A DNA stretch of 64,000 nt, taken from contig JALMLS010000056.1 in the NCBI GenBank assembly GCA_038496445.1, positions 62,001 to 126,000 on the forward strand. Direction: 5' to 3'. Source of the stretch: Trichosphaerium sp. ATCC 40318. Taxonomy: Eukaryota > Protista > Tubulinea. The translations under genes and the position numbers were made by a program. Positions 51,745 to 63,679 of this stretch are shown here, one piece after another; position 1 is the stretch's first letter; each line of letters begins with the position of its first letter. The notes beneath the pieces are model-generated. The model saw only the letters and a list, made by a program, of their open reading frames with translations, was not told where the DNA came from and did no database searches.

Positions 51745-52146
51745 AATACCACACTGTTTATAAAGACCGCAACGTCGCTGTGACTATGTCAACGTAGTAG
51801 ATGAGGAGGAAGTTGAGCGAGAGCAAACTGGCAGACATGGCGAACGTTAAGTAATCAAACAAAACACAGAGATAAATCAAGTCGGATTGTTAAAACTGAT
51901 CATCGCACCAACTTTTATTTTTTTTTTTATACATTACAAGTTGATTCTCAAACAAAACAACATTCTGCGATGATTTTTTGAATGTTGCCAGCGCATGTGG
52001 GACACAGAGAATCACAATTGGATTTCGAAGTTCCATAACAAGGGGTTTAAAAAAAAATGTCCCTTCGAATCGCGTTCAGCCCAAAAAATTAGGCGAAGAG
52101 GTGAGGAGTGAAATTAAACTGATTGTAGACGATTTAATGTCTTGAT

Positions 52147-54721
52147 CTATTCATCCTTGTTCTTCTTTTTTCTTCGCTTTTTCTTGGCAGGTTCTTCACC
52201 ACTAGCTCTGCGTTTTCGCTTCTATAAATACAAGTAAGAAACACTGTACTGAATCGACAAAAGTTGATTTGTTTTTTGAAGATAAATGGCTCAGAAAATG
52301 GATGGCTTTCTCTTCATTGAAGAACTCGTATGACAACGAAGTGTTAACATCATAGCGCCGAAAAAAAGGAAGCGTTTGTATCGAGAAAATTTGCTTCAAA
52401 AAAAAATTGAAAGAAAGTAGAAAAGGATAAGAACATACCTTGTCTTTATCTTTTTTATCCTTTTTGTCCTTTTTATCTTTCTTGTCCTTCTTTTTCTTTG
52501 ACTTTTTGACTTTCTCTTCAGAAGAGGATGCGTCACCATTGGCGTCGACATCCATAGCATCTTCCTTAACATCATCCATAGCAACATCACGACGTTCGTT
52601 GTAGTCTGTTGTCTTGGCTGTTGTTTCAAAACCAGAAGACATTTTGTCCATCTTCATCGAAGAACGACCACCGCCAGAAACACTACAAAAGAGTTTAGAA
52701 CACTACCACAAAAAACAAAAAAAAAAGGAGGAAAAAACAGTATTTGTATCAACGACGCGTACCGATGAGAACGACCACCTTCCAAGGATTCTAGTCGCAT
52801 ACGAACTTCTTCTAATTTATCAGCACCGATTCTCTTTGTTTCTTCGTCACCAAGAGCATCAACACGAATGCAAAGTGATGTTTTGTTAGCCAATACACGG
52901 GCAATCTAGTAAAATCGTAAGAAAAAACCCAGTACACAAAAAAAAAAACCGCCTGAGCGAGTTCGTTCGTACCTTTCCTCTCAATTTGCCTGATGCCTTT
53001 GTGACATATGAAGCATGGTAGATAATACCGTATTTTGGTGTATCTTTTTTGGTTTTCAAAGCGCGGAAAAGAGCTTTTTCTGCGCCAAGCAATTGAACTG
53101 TTGAAGCAGGGTACTTAGCGAGTTGCATCAAACTACCGGCTTTTGCGATAAGTTTAGCACCAAGCATAGGTCCCAACATAACGGAGAGATTAGGTGCGAC
53201 AGCCTAGCAAAGTTCGGTAAGCAACCAAGAGCAAATACAGTGAAAAATGCGAAAAGGTTTTGCTTTTATATTGGCTAAGAAAATGGATGGCTTTCTCTTC
53301 ATTGAAGAACTCGTATGACAACGAAGTGTTTACATCATTGCGCGAAAAGGGTTTTTTATAAAGATAGAGTTATTTAGGGTACGTACATCCATTCTGTTGG
53401 TGAGGTATGTTGTAAGGTCCTCTCTGTAAGCTGAAATATCAATAACTTGATCACAAAGTTCTTTGATGTGTTTGATATCTTCTTTAGATACTTCTGTACC
53501 CATACTGTATACAGCAGCTCTTTGTAATTGTTCAATAATGTCATCATCCAGGAGAGATGTCAAATCAGTGCTCTCAACATTTTCGCGTATACCTACGCAA
53601 CAAATGTCAAAAAACATCAAAAACGAAAAACTTGTTGGCAAGAAGCCAAAAAAAAGAAAACACGATTTCTAGACGTACCGACTTTTTTTACTACTTTGGC
53701 GTAAGTGATATTTTCGCTGACAATCTTTGTCATTTCAGGGAAATGCCAACCATACCATTCCTTTACGCGCATAGCGTATGTGTTTACTTCTTTATCCAAA
53801 TCTTCCAAAAGAGCTAAAATACCAACAATGTTAGTGGTATTGATCGCGTTTAAAGCATTTTAAATACATTTAAAAAAAAACGCAAATAATTTTTTTCAAG
53901 AATCAGCAAGGATAGAGTGGTCAACACTGATCAATCGGCAAAGATTTCTGCATCATTCTCTTGAAGGACAAAAGGAATTTAAGGCCATTGAACGAATTTT
54001 TTTTTCTTCGTTCGTTGGTTTTTCCTAAAGTGAAATTTTTTTGTTTTGCGCTCGCAGACTCTTTGCCAAATTTCATGACACAAAAGAAGCGATACGTTTT
54101 TAAATGGTAAAATGTCACGTACAGATGGCTTGAACAATCATTACATCAACCTTGTCTGCACTGAACTTGAGCTGGTAGCGACCGAGGTTATGAGCGAGTC
54201 CCAGTCTGTTTTGGTGCAAGTCTACGCCACCATCTTGTCCTTCGAGCAAACCCTCGAGTTGTAGGCGAAGACAACGCATCAGCTCGTGGGTGGAGCTTGA
54301 ATGCATACATTTAATTCCAGTAGCCTCTTTAATCGACCCTCCGAGCTTAGCATCTGATACAATGAGTTTTTCTGACTTGTCTGCGTGATCTTTGAGAAAC
54401 TTTTTAAGACGTTTGCTGACAGAGCTTTCAAGTAGCGCTTTTGCTGTTTCGGTAGCATCAGGTATTGATTCGAACCGTTGGAACGCTGCAACATCAATTC
54501 TAGAAGATTTAGATTGTGGAAATAGTGACGAAAATATTATTTAAATGCGCTGTACGTACAAACGCTTTGCGCCACCGATGTCTACAAACTCGCTGATCAT
54601 GTCATCGGCTCTGTCCAAAATACCTTCATCCTTCAATCTGAACAAGGCGAGGCCCGCTACTATGGTTAGCAATGCGTTTGCCAAGTGCAAGGGTACCGGC
54701 TGTCTCTACGAGTACAAGCAT
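52147..54721 (-). CDS. NOP58: Nucleolar protein 58 (box C/D snoRNP core)
   Basis: [84 protein letters not shown]-repeat tail. Confidence 0.95.
52288..52359 (-). ncRNA. Intronic box C/D snoRNA (copy 1) in the last NOP58 intron
   Basis: Box C ATGATG, box D CTGA, terminal GGC/GCC stem; the guide GCCATCCATTTT next to box D is complementary to the conserved LSU rRNA sequence AAAAUGGAUGGC. Confidence 0.85.
53273..53343 (-). ncRNA. Intronic box C/D snoRNA (copy 2; box D altered to CTTA)
   Basis: 53-nt core (53278-53330) identical to 52293-52345; box C intact; lies inside intron 53204-53386. Confidence 0.7.
53895..53965 (-). ncRNA. Intronic box C/D snoRNA (third, unrelated sequence)
   Basis: TTCAAGAG/TTCTTGAA 8-bp terminal stem enclosing ATGATG...CTGA with internal D'/C'-like boxes, inside an unusually long (about 300 nt) NOP58 intron. 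Confidence 0.8.
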
Positions 54722-54779
54722 CTGTGGTTGTGGAACTGAGAAATGCAATGTAACGAAAATACTTGACTGAACAAGAAAT

Positions 54780-55390
54780 ATGGCGGATCAAGACGCTGAG
54801 CCATCCAGTGTCAAAAAAAACATAGGAGATGGCGAAATATTAGCTTTGGAATGGTGGGGACTTGGTTTAGTCGTAACATTCCAAATTTGACCCAGTTTAG
54901 GTGTCTTAGTGCGAGTGGAGCGTTATTTGCGCTGTCGTATGCGCCACTACTCTTTTGTGAGCACCTGGTAGATAAATGCCTTAGTTCTTCGCTAACCACC
55001 ATTAGTTTAAAGGCAGAGATGGCTTCAATACGTTATCCAAGAATTTGATGTGTACATTGGGCATGTATGGCATAATTTTAGCGGGTGCCAATGTTATGAT
55101 GGCAACAAAGAATTCAAAGTGCGTTGGATCATTCGCACAAGGCCTTGACATAATTAGGAAAACCACCAAACGCTCAATGCTGCTTGCAAATGCTATAGGT
55201 CATTTTGCTGTTGGTTCGCTCGCTTCCTTCTTTGTACAGACACCTCTAATGTGCGTACCCTTTCATACCATTTTTTTTTTGACACTTGAACAGAAATTAC
55301 GTGGCAGAATCACTACTTTCTTGTCACGCTGTAATCGGACCTGTAAATATAATGTTGTTTTTGGCAACATCTGATGAACAAAAACCTTGA
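54780..55390 (+). CDS. Small hypothetical multi-pass membrane protein
   Basis: Four in-frame introns give about 140 aa (MADQDAEPSS...LFLATSDEQKP) with 3-4 hydrophobic segments; head-to-head with NOP58. Confidence 0.55.
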
Positions 55391-55420
55391 TACAATAGAA
55401 AGTCGTCACGTTTATTTTAT

Positions 55421-56896
55421 TTACAATAGTTCGTGTCAAGAGAGTATCTACAATCGGCGGTACGCCTTCTCTATCGCTCTGCTTACGAGACCCAACTGCT
55501 CAAGGAACGCTTGGGTGTCTAACAAAAAGGTAAAAATGTTACCTTCTTTATAACTTTAGTACCGGACTGAGCCCCATAAGGATATGTGAGAAATGATGCC
55601 TTCGTTCCATTGTCATACTTAAATTCGATTTCAACTGAGTAGGGCTCTTTGAATGAGATTGATCCTGCACTTACAGATTTAACTCCATTGACTTGGGCAC
55701 ATAGTAAGCGGACATAGAGACAAAACAAAAACGTCGTACGAGTCATGCTTGCAAGACCTCGATAGCTTGAAAAATACAAAGTCAAAACGCCTTTGTGCTT
55801 TGCCACAATCAAGTTTCCGTCGCCATATGGCTCTCCTGATGGAGTACACTCCGCAAGTCGCATTCCCCTAAGTAGAGGATTAAGATTGCAGAAGTAATTG
55901 CAACGTACGTGGTGATAATTCTTTTCCCCTTAAATTTGTTCATTCTACATAAATGAGTAAACCACTGGGTAGTTAATCTTTGTTACCGTACTTGTAGGAC
56001 AGATGGAATCTCGTCTTGGTTATTTTTAACAAAGGCATGGCGCTTGCCCTTCTTACTCGCGATCGTGCTCGTGATGCAGCGCGGTGACGTGCATCTGTAT
56101 TATTGAACAACTCTTTAAAGGTAGCAATTGTGGTAGTGCGCCTTGGGGGTGGCTTTGGTGTGACAGGTTCTCCTAACTGGAAACACGACACCGAAGACGC
56201 TGCACTACACGAGCATTCTTCTTCCTCTCCGTCAACGGTTGGGCGCAGTCCAGGTGAGAGTAGAGGATAGTTTGCTCCTCGAGTAGTTGTTTCCTCGCGG
56301 ATGGGTAACTCCCGCGTTACATGAATAACGTTACGTTCCATAGTTTCAGACGCCATAGCTTCGTGGACTAGCTCTTGCTGCGACTGTTGCATAATTGACA
56401 GAAATTTGACAGGTTAAGTTAGTTTTTTTGTGTTAAAATCTTACTACCTCGTTCAAGGAGCGCTACACAATCATAAATGCTTTTCATTAGCGTAAAATTT
56501 TTTTGAAATGTTGATAAAACTATTTGTTTTGAAAGTTTGCTTCCTCGGTCCACCTTTTTCATAACGCTAAGAACCAAGAGAAATGGCTGACTATCAACCA
56601 AAGAACATTCCAAAGCCAGACGCACTCTCTGCCGCTGTGGAGAAAGGCTTATACAAACATTGGTCAAATACGACTGTTCACAGGCGTAAATGGGCTCTCG
56701 CATGGAGAGTAAGCGCTAATTTGCTTATTTAAATATTTACCTCATAACATCGTATTAGTTGGGTCCAGTATGGCTTTCTAAGACCGATGTACACCTCAAG
56801 GGTGGTAGAAAAGATGTTTACTTCTTTTTTGGTCTCATTGGCCTTACACTTGGCACTATCCCAATGATCTGTACCTGCTTCTCCGATATTAAACAT
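55421..56896 (-). CDS. Hypothetical spliced protein
   Basis: Consecutive same-strand ORFs (56419-56703, 55973-56392, 55519-55863) bounded by GT/AG sites; no family recognised. Confidence 0.5.
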
Positions 56897-57141
56897 GGTG
56901 ACAACAAATGGAACTAAACTAGTTCACTAGCTTGGCTTGGAGCTTGGAACGTAAACTCGCATAATTTTTGTATTCATTCTACAGGCATAAAAACATAAAT
57001 CTTACATTGTTAAAGCAGTTTGGTTCACTACAGACAACAACAAAAGAAACAATGACGCCCAAAACAACTTCAAAACGAATTTTTTTTTGTACAGCAGTTT
57101 AATGTTAAGCATTCGCCACATGAAATATCGTTCACCCATGT

Positions 57142-58979
57142 TTACGCAGAGCCCTTGTTAGCTCCTTTTACAGTGATGTACCCAATCTCACGCGATTGAA
57201 ACTTACCTATCTTGATTATTATTGCGCCTACGTCAGAAGGTTCACTCATGGTGCAGTCGTTAGGATTAATTTGAGCACTAGTTGAAAATTGTAGCCTTTT
57301 CTCAAACGTTGTGTTGACTTTTTCTGAGAGTCGCATATCACTGGGCATCGCCAGCGGAGGCAGTGTTCCCTCTATAACCAATGTTCTACCCTCCAAGTTT
57401 ACGCGAACTTGAGTGCCAGGAAGCGTGCGTAAAACGATTGTGTGGTGAGTATCTGTTTCACCTACGTAAGTCTCCACTGGTACGTTGAACAGAGGATGTT
57501 GCTTGATTTGTGACACAGCTCGTATATTATCGCTTGCTTGTTTGAGGATTATCGTTGGCTCTGGTTCTATGGATTGCGTATCTACTTTTGTAACCAGAAA
57601 TCTTCCAACTTGTTGTTGCCCTTCCTTTTTTTCTAAATTATCTTCTGATTTTCTTCTCAAAAGCGTATGTGGCTTTGCTATGCGCTCAGGTGCTCCTTCA
57701 AGAAACTTAAGTGATAGTAATTGGTCCGCTGACAACCTATTAAAACACGGTAAGGATGATGAGGACTGGTAAGAAGGTGAGCAGCATGGGATTGTGAAAT
57801 GGTTTTTTACCTGTCTTCTGGTTTCGGCGCTGTACAAGCTGCAATAAACTCTACAAACTCTTCAGACATACCCTTTCCATTTGCTTTTGGTAAAACTGGT
57901 AGTTCGCCCTTTTCGAATAAATTGAGAACACGCAAGAAAGGGGTCAAGAAATATGTACTTACCTTTTTAACATAATCAGCACCAAAGGCTAATTGAAGAG
58001 AAACCATCCCTACTGCCCAAATATCAGATGCAGCGTCATACTCAAAACTAGTTTCATTAGGGTCAACATTAGGAGGCCGCCAAATATCAAAATCAGCATT
58101 AAAGCCAGGCAATGCACTGTGGCTTAGTAGTACTAGATCAATGTGTTAGAAAAGTCACATTCATGACATGGCGGTGCTAACCTTGACCAGATTCAGTAAG
58201 AGCTATACTATCTAATCCAATGTCTGTAAGGATATAATCGCGCTGGTGAAGCTGATTTACTACGCCTGTGAGTGATCGTAGAATGACTTTTATGTATTGT
58301 TCGTCGAGTGATCGTTTGCCTAGCACCAAAGGCCGCAAAGATGTGAGGAATGGCTCGTATATTATCCACAGATTGAAGCTTAATGCTATTACTTGACGAC
58401 ACGTAAATTTACGCACTGTTGATCAGAATTTTCGGTTGTTTCCTCTACAATAATTTGACGCCAATGTAATATGTATCCAACATCATTGAATTGGCTCCAT
58501 TCTGACGCTTTCCACTACACGATGTGAGCTGGAAATTGTTGTTTGATGTTTACACCCAAAAATGTGTCAGTGGCTGTTTACCACAAAACTATACAATTCT
58601 TTGGTAAAACAGCGAACAAAGCGTTGTTTGGAGAATCAAGCGAAAAAAACCCATCAAACTAAGGAGAATAGGAAAATTGCTTTACGCTGCCTATTTTGCG
58701 TTCTCCTTCGCGTTTTTAATGCTATTCACATGGTGCTTTGCTTATGGCGTCGTATAGTACCTCTAACTCTTTACTAGAATCTGTTGGGCCCATAGACACT
58801 ACTTTAATAACGACAGGTTTCTCTTTGTTGTTGATAACACAAACGCCTCTCCAAAGATCAGCGCCCACGAGCTCTTGCTTCACGTAGGCAGCCAAATTCG
58901 ATGGGTAGTCACCCTTACTGCTGCCCTATGAAAGTTTAGGCACAATAGCCGTAAGACGGTTAACCTTTTGCTTTGCCAT
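57142..58979 (-). CDS. OSR1/SPAK(STE20)-like pseudokinase with C-terminal HSP20/alpha-crystallin-like domain
   Basis: YPSNLAAY...VVIK, LWIIYEP, LDEQYIKVILR, ILTDIGLDSI (HRD site), SDIWAVG, SEEFVEFIAAC...PEDR; C-terminal ETDTHHTIVLRTLPG-VRVNLEGRTLVIEG...FEKRLQF...GAIIIKIGK. Confidence 0.7.
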
Positions 58980-59417
58980 GTTTTATGCACGTAACACTGA
59001 TTGCTGAGTATTATAGTTGGTGTATAGTTGTCAATACGCCATGCTATTTGGTGTCTTGCACTTGAAAGTACGCGACTGACCGAAAATAGAGGTAATCTTA
59101 AACGCCATTTGGAGCTAAGCGTAGTGATAACATTGACGGTAGGGTTGATAACATTCAAGTTGCAAATAGCGTGTCAAATTTTATTTTGATACCAAAAGAG
59201 TGTAATAGCTGTGACAGCTCAATTGTCGTGTACAGTGAAACAATGTTGTAACGTCAAAAATTGTTATGTCTGTTTTTGTTGCAAAACGTACACGTAGTTA
59301 CACACGAGTAGTAAATTTCTCTTGAAGTCGTAGAACGTTAAAGTCTTACCGAATAGTTGACTTGCTGCGACATTTTGTTTTATTCTCCAACAAGTGATTC
59401 AGCATCTCCTCGCCAAG

Positions 59418-61636
59418 ATGGATATCGAAACGCACGTTCCATACTCCTCAGTCATGCACTAACAAAATTATAGGAGGACAATGAGGACTCGGCTCCAATC
59501 TATGAGCATCGTTGGGTTTTTCCTTACATTTATTTGCTTCGTTGTTGTATTTGGGGGTTCTGTTCTCGTAGGATGGCTCCTAGGTGCGCTTTTATTCTAA
59601 TTTTGAGTAAAATTAAACCGCCTTCACTACTGGCACTAACAGATTGTAGGACCGAAAGTTTTTTATTACTTTGAACCTCAACCCACTCTTTCTGACCTAT
59701 CCAAGGTGCGTACCAGTTTCAACGCGGAAAGTAGCGTAACACGTATCACTTATCGCTAGTTTTGCTAAAACCCTAACGCGTAACGTAGAATTTAACTGTA
59801 CCAATACGTAACTTGAGTAAACTTAATCAACAGCTCTTTATGAACGCTATTGCTAGTTACAAGGGTATGTCAAGATTCAGTTTATCATAAAAAAAAAGCA
59901 CCTTAATCTCCCAACAACGCGCATGAGTGAATACCCAGTACACAGGGCATAGCTTAAAAACAAATATAGAGAGCGTTTATTGATTCTACACAAACACTTC
60001 TCGGCGCCTTGCTTACTTTTTGATCCCAGGCACTACAACTCTTAGTATCAAAGTTCCATTTCTGGTCAGTATAGCTGTGAATGATGGCAAAGGCTGGAAG
60101 TATATACAACGCGATAGAAGACACTTGAGAACATTAAAATGCACAAAAGGCGAAACTTATTGTTCTTCTGTTCCTCTAGTACGTAATAGTTTACCCGGCA
60201 CTTTGGCCTGCCTTGGCTCATTTATTGTAGGTTCACGAACCGTTTATTGGATACAAAGACTACAATATCACTGTAGGAGTACCTATCGAAGGTGATGCTG
60301 AGTATAAATCCTTTATTTCAAGGTTACAACTTGAGGTACCTTAGAAATGAAGTTGTGAAACCGAAATACTAATTTTTTTTGTTTTCTAAAAGGTGTCTGT
60401 TATTGATCATCGCTTTACCCTATTTGAGTTGTGGTTCCGATTCACTTTCCTTATTCTCACATTTATTGTTGTTGTACTATTCGCATTCTTTATGCGTAAG
60501 TTCAAGTGGAGCGATTGGACGCTTGAACAAAGGTAACGTCTTTTTTTGTTTCTTTTTTTGTTTCTCCTAATGCTGTGAGTAGATGGGTTGCTATCTTACA
60601 ATGCGGTTTGTTGGGATTCAACAGTATGACAAAATCGTTGTGGAACTTTTTTTTTAATGAAGAATTTTAGATCCTTTCTTCCCTCTAGAGATTATTGTTT
60701 CTGGATGGCTTCCAGAGTTTATTGATCAAGTATTATTAATATCCTTCTTTGCTTTATTATTATATTGCTGGTTGGTTATGTTTGATGCCTTGTGGAAAGT
60801 GCGTAACAGCGAAACATTTAATTGAAATAAGTCTGATATTTAATTTTTTTATTAGGAAGCTTCCGATCTTACTTTCGTTCGATTCTATCTTCCTAAAGCC
60901 ATCCTTATTGTCCTTACATGGGCTCTTGGTCTTATCGTTTGGACTTGGACAGAATTACATCGTTTAGATGATGCTGGTGTCGAAGTAGATGATGTTCCAG
61001 GATTTATCGTACGTCATAAAAATTATAACAAAAGAGGTGTACAAATAATTTTCTTTTAGTTCTTCAGGATTGTATTTGCTGTTCTATTAATAATATACTC
61101 ATTATGGATGATATACACTGTTGTAAGAGCTTGCGCTAGCCAGAAGAAGATGCCATACTTGGGTTCACGCCTTAAATTTTTTGGCGTTTTTACGCTTATT
61201 GTTATCTTGATTACACTTGGTGGTGCTTTATTCGGATACTTGGGACCTGTAAAGAATAATGGTAACGTTTTTATTATAATCTTGCTTTAATGTACTTACT
61301 CTTTTGTTAGCTGCTGAATTCTTGTCCTTTTTGAGCTTGTTCAACCTTTACGTCTTTATTCTCTCGTTTGTATACCTTCCATCTAAGAGCGCTGCCTACG
61401 TTGGAAGTTCTGCTGTTCGTATGGTAAGATTGGATCAATCTGATGAAGATGAAGAAGATGGTCCACGTGATTACAAGAGAGCAACTGAGTTGCAATTTGA
61501 TAAGTCTGGTGTAAGTTAATTTTTTTTTGTCGTTTTGATATTTGGATGTTTTATTGATATCTTTTGCTTCTAGGAGTTCAAGATGGACGACGATGATGAC
61601 CAAGATGATGTTATTTCTCTTGATGATGATGTCTAA
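59418..61636 (+). CDS. TMEM181: TMEM181 (Wntless-like) multi-pass membrane protein
   Basis: RLQSMSIVGFFLTFICFVVVFGGSVLVGWLLGPKV, WTLEQRWV, RLKFFGVFT, NNAAEFLSFLSLFNLYVFILSFVYLPS, acidic tail. Confidence 0.85.
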
Positions 61637-61923
61637 ATTCAAACGTTAGATACCTAATAATTTGCGAACAAGACAAAGTATCTGGATTTTTCGAACAATA
61701 AACACTTGCAAATTTGACGAGTTCGTTTTTTTTTACGTGGGAAGTTAGACTTTTTTTATTTTTGTTTACTTCATTTATCAATATTTCTGTGCATCAAATT
61801 TATTTCATCTCAAATGCTATCTCGTTATGAATTCTTGTTTTTTTGGCATGCCCTCACGATAAAAGCACGTGATAATTGATACTCAAAAAAGGAGCCTCTG
61901 GCAATTCCACTTTAACGCCTCAG

Positions 61924-63679
61924 ATGTGTAACTCATGGGTGTTATGTTCTGTGATGTTTGTATTTGTTCTTGCCAAAGGCGCTAGCGAGAAGCATAGACG
62001 CTTCGCCTCTCTTGCAGATGAAGGTAGTTCAATCTAAGACTTTCTTTATACTTACCTTCTTTGAGTTCAAACTAGCATGGTATGCCTGTACTATGCAAAC
62101 TCTGACTATTACAGTAACTGGTGCAGTCCTAAACAAGGCTTGGGTAAACTTCCTGAATTATTTGTTTTGTTCTTTTTTGTTGTATCTATCTCATTGATAT
62201 ATTAGCTTGGTGGCAATCTGCAGTAGCTACAAGATACTTAATAGGTATATTTCAATCAACACTAAAACTGATAACTTACTTTTTTTTAGAGCACATGAGA
62301 TCGTCTAAAAATGACAAGTTCTATTTTATCTTAGACCAAGTTTTTCAAAGGCAGGGTTTCCTTATATAAAGCCACCACTAATGTTAATACATTAGTTCTT
62401 CTATGGAGAGAACTTGTATAGAGTGTATTGGTTAGAAAATGCTGTTTCATGTAGTACTTCGTGGCTAATACATGGAGTTAGGAGTTTGGAAAAATCTGAC
62501 ATCTTTCATTGAGTGTAATTGCAACTCTTCTCAATCTAAGGTAGGAGTCCACTTTATCCTTGATTTATAATTTACATTATCAGGGAGATGAATGTGGATA
62601 CCTTGATGATGAAGGTTGGTGGGGTATAACTTGGGTAGAGGCTTACAAGTATTCCCAAATGCTTGGCAAGCCAAATGATGCTTGGCTTCGAACTGCAAAG
62701 CAGATTTTTTGGCACATGGCGAGCCATTGGAATGAAGAGTGTGGTGGCGGCATTCCTTGGATGTACGATTAACACCATTTAGTAGTTATACATTAAAGTT
62801 AAACCTGTGTTAGGAAATGTGGCAATCTGAAGGCTTCTATTCAAAATGAGCTACTATTTAATTTAGCAATGCGTTTGTACTCTATTGATAAAGAAGGCAG
62901 TTATCTGAATATAGCCTTGAAGGTATGGTCTTGGCTTAAAAATTCTGGTTTGCAAAATGATGTTGGTTTGTTCAACAACAGTGAGTGTATAAGGTCGTTG
63001 TTTCTATATTCGATATTGATTATTTTAGATTTGGAAGTCGGCACTTGCGACAATTCACGGGCCACTGCAGAGTGGACGTATAACCAAGCTATTGTCTTGA
63101 GGCCTTTAGTGGATTTGAGTATTGCTTTTCCAGATCAGAGGGCCTATTTTCTTGGACAAGCAGAGCGTATAGCTGACTCTGTATTGAACGAAGAAAACGG
63201 CTTTTTTTGGAAAAACACCAAAAAGTGGAAATATATCTTGAAAGAGAAGGCTTGTTGGCACCAAGGTCCATCTTATACACTGTACTCCATTAATCATCTA
63301 TTTTTTAGGTGTAAGTCATTGTGATACAGATCAGCAAGTATTTAAGGTACCAGACAACAAAACAGTTCGAGATTCTCATTTTATTAAGGGAACTTTTGCT
63401 TTGAATCTAGCTTGGCTTTATCTTCATGTGAGGAGGCCAGAGTATAAAGTGTGGATTCATCATAATGCACGTGCAGCTTGGCAAACAAGGACACTATCTG
63501 AGAGGGAGAAAAATTGTAAGGGCATACTTAGAAGAGGTGTTGAAGTGTATTGTTCCCAGTACAACTTGCACACTTTCCCTTTGAGTTGGTTACCGGAAAG
63601 TCCGGCCCCAGGACCAGCCACACTGTATACTCATGTATCAGCTTTTGGGCTATTTACGGCTGCAAGCTTGATTGAATGA
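61924..63679 (+). CDS. Secreted glycoside hydrolase family 76 (alpha-1,6-mannanase/Dfg5-like)
   Basis: Signal peptide; WWQSA, YLDDEGWWG (catalytic DD), CGGGIPW, KASIQNELL, WTYNQA. Confidence 0.88.

Noticed and set aside
52435-52520. Tandem 9-nt-like repeat
   Set aside because: It encodes the ordinary KKD tail of NOP58.
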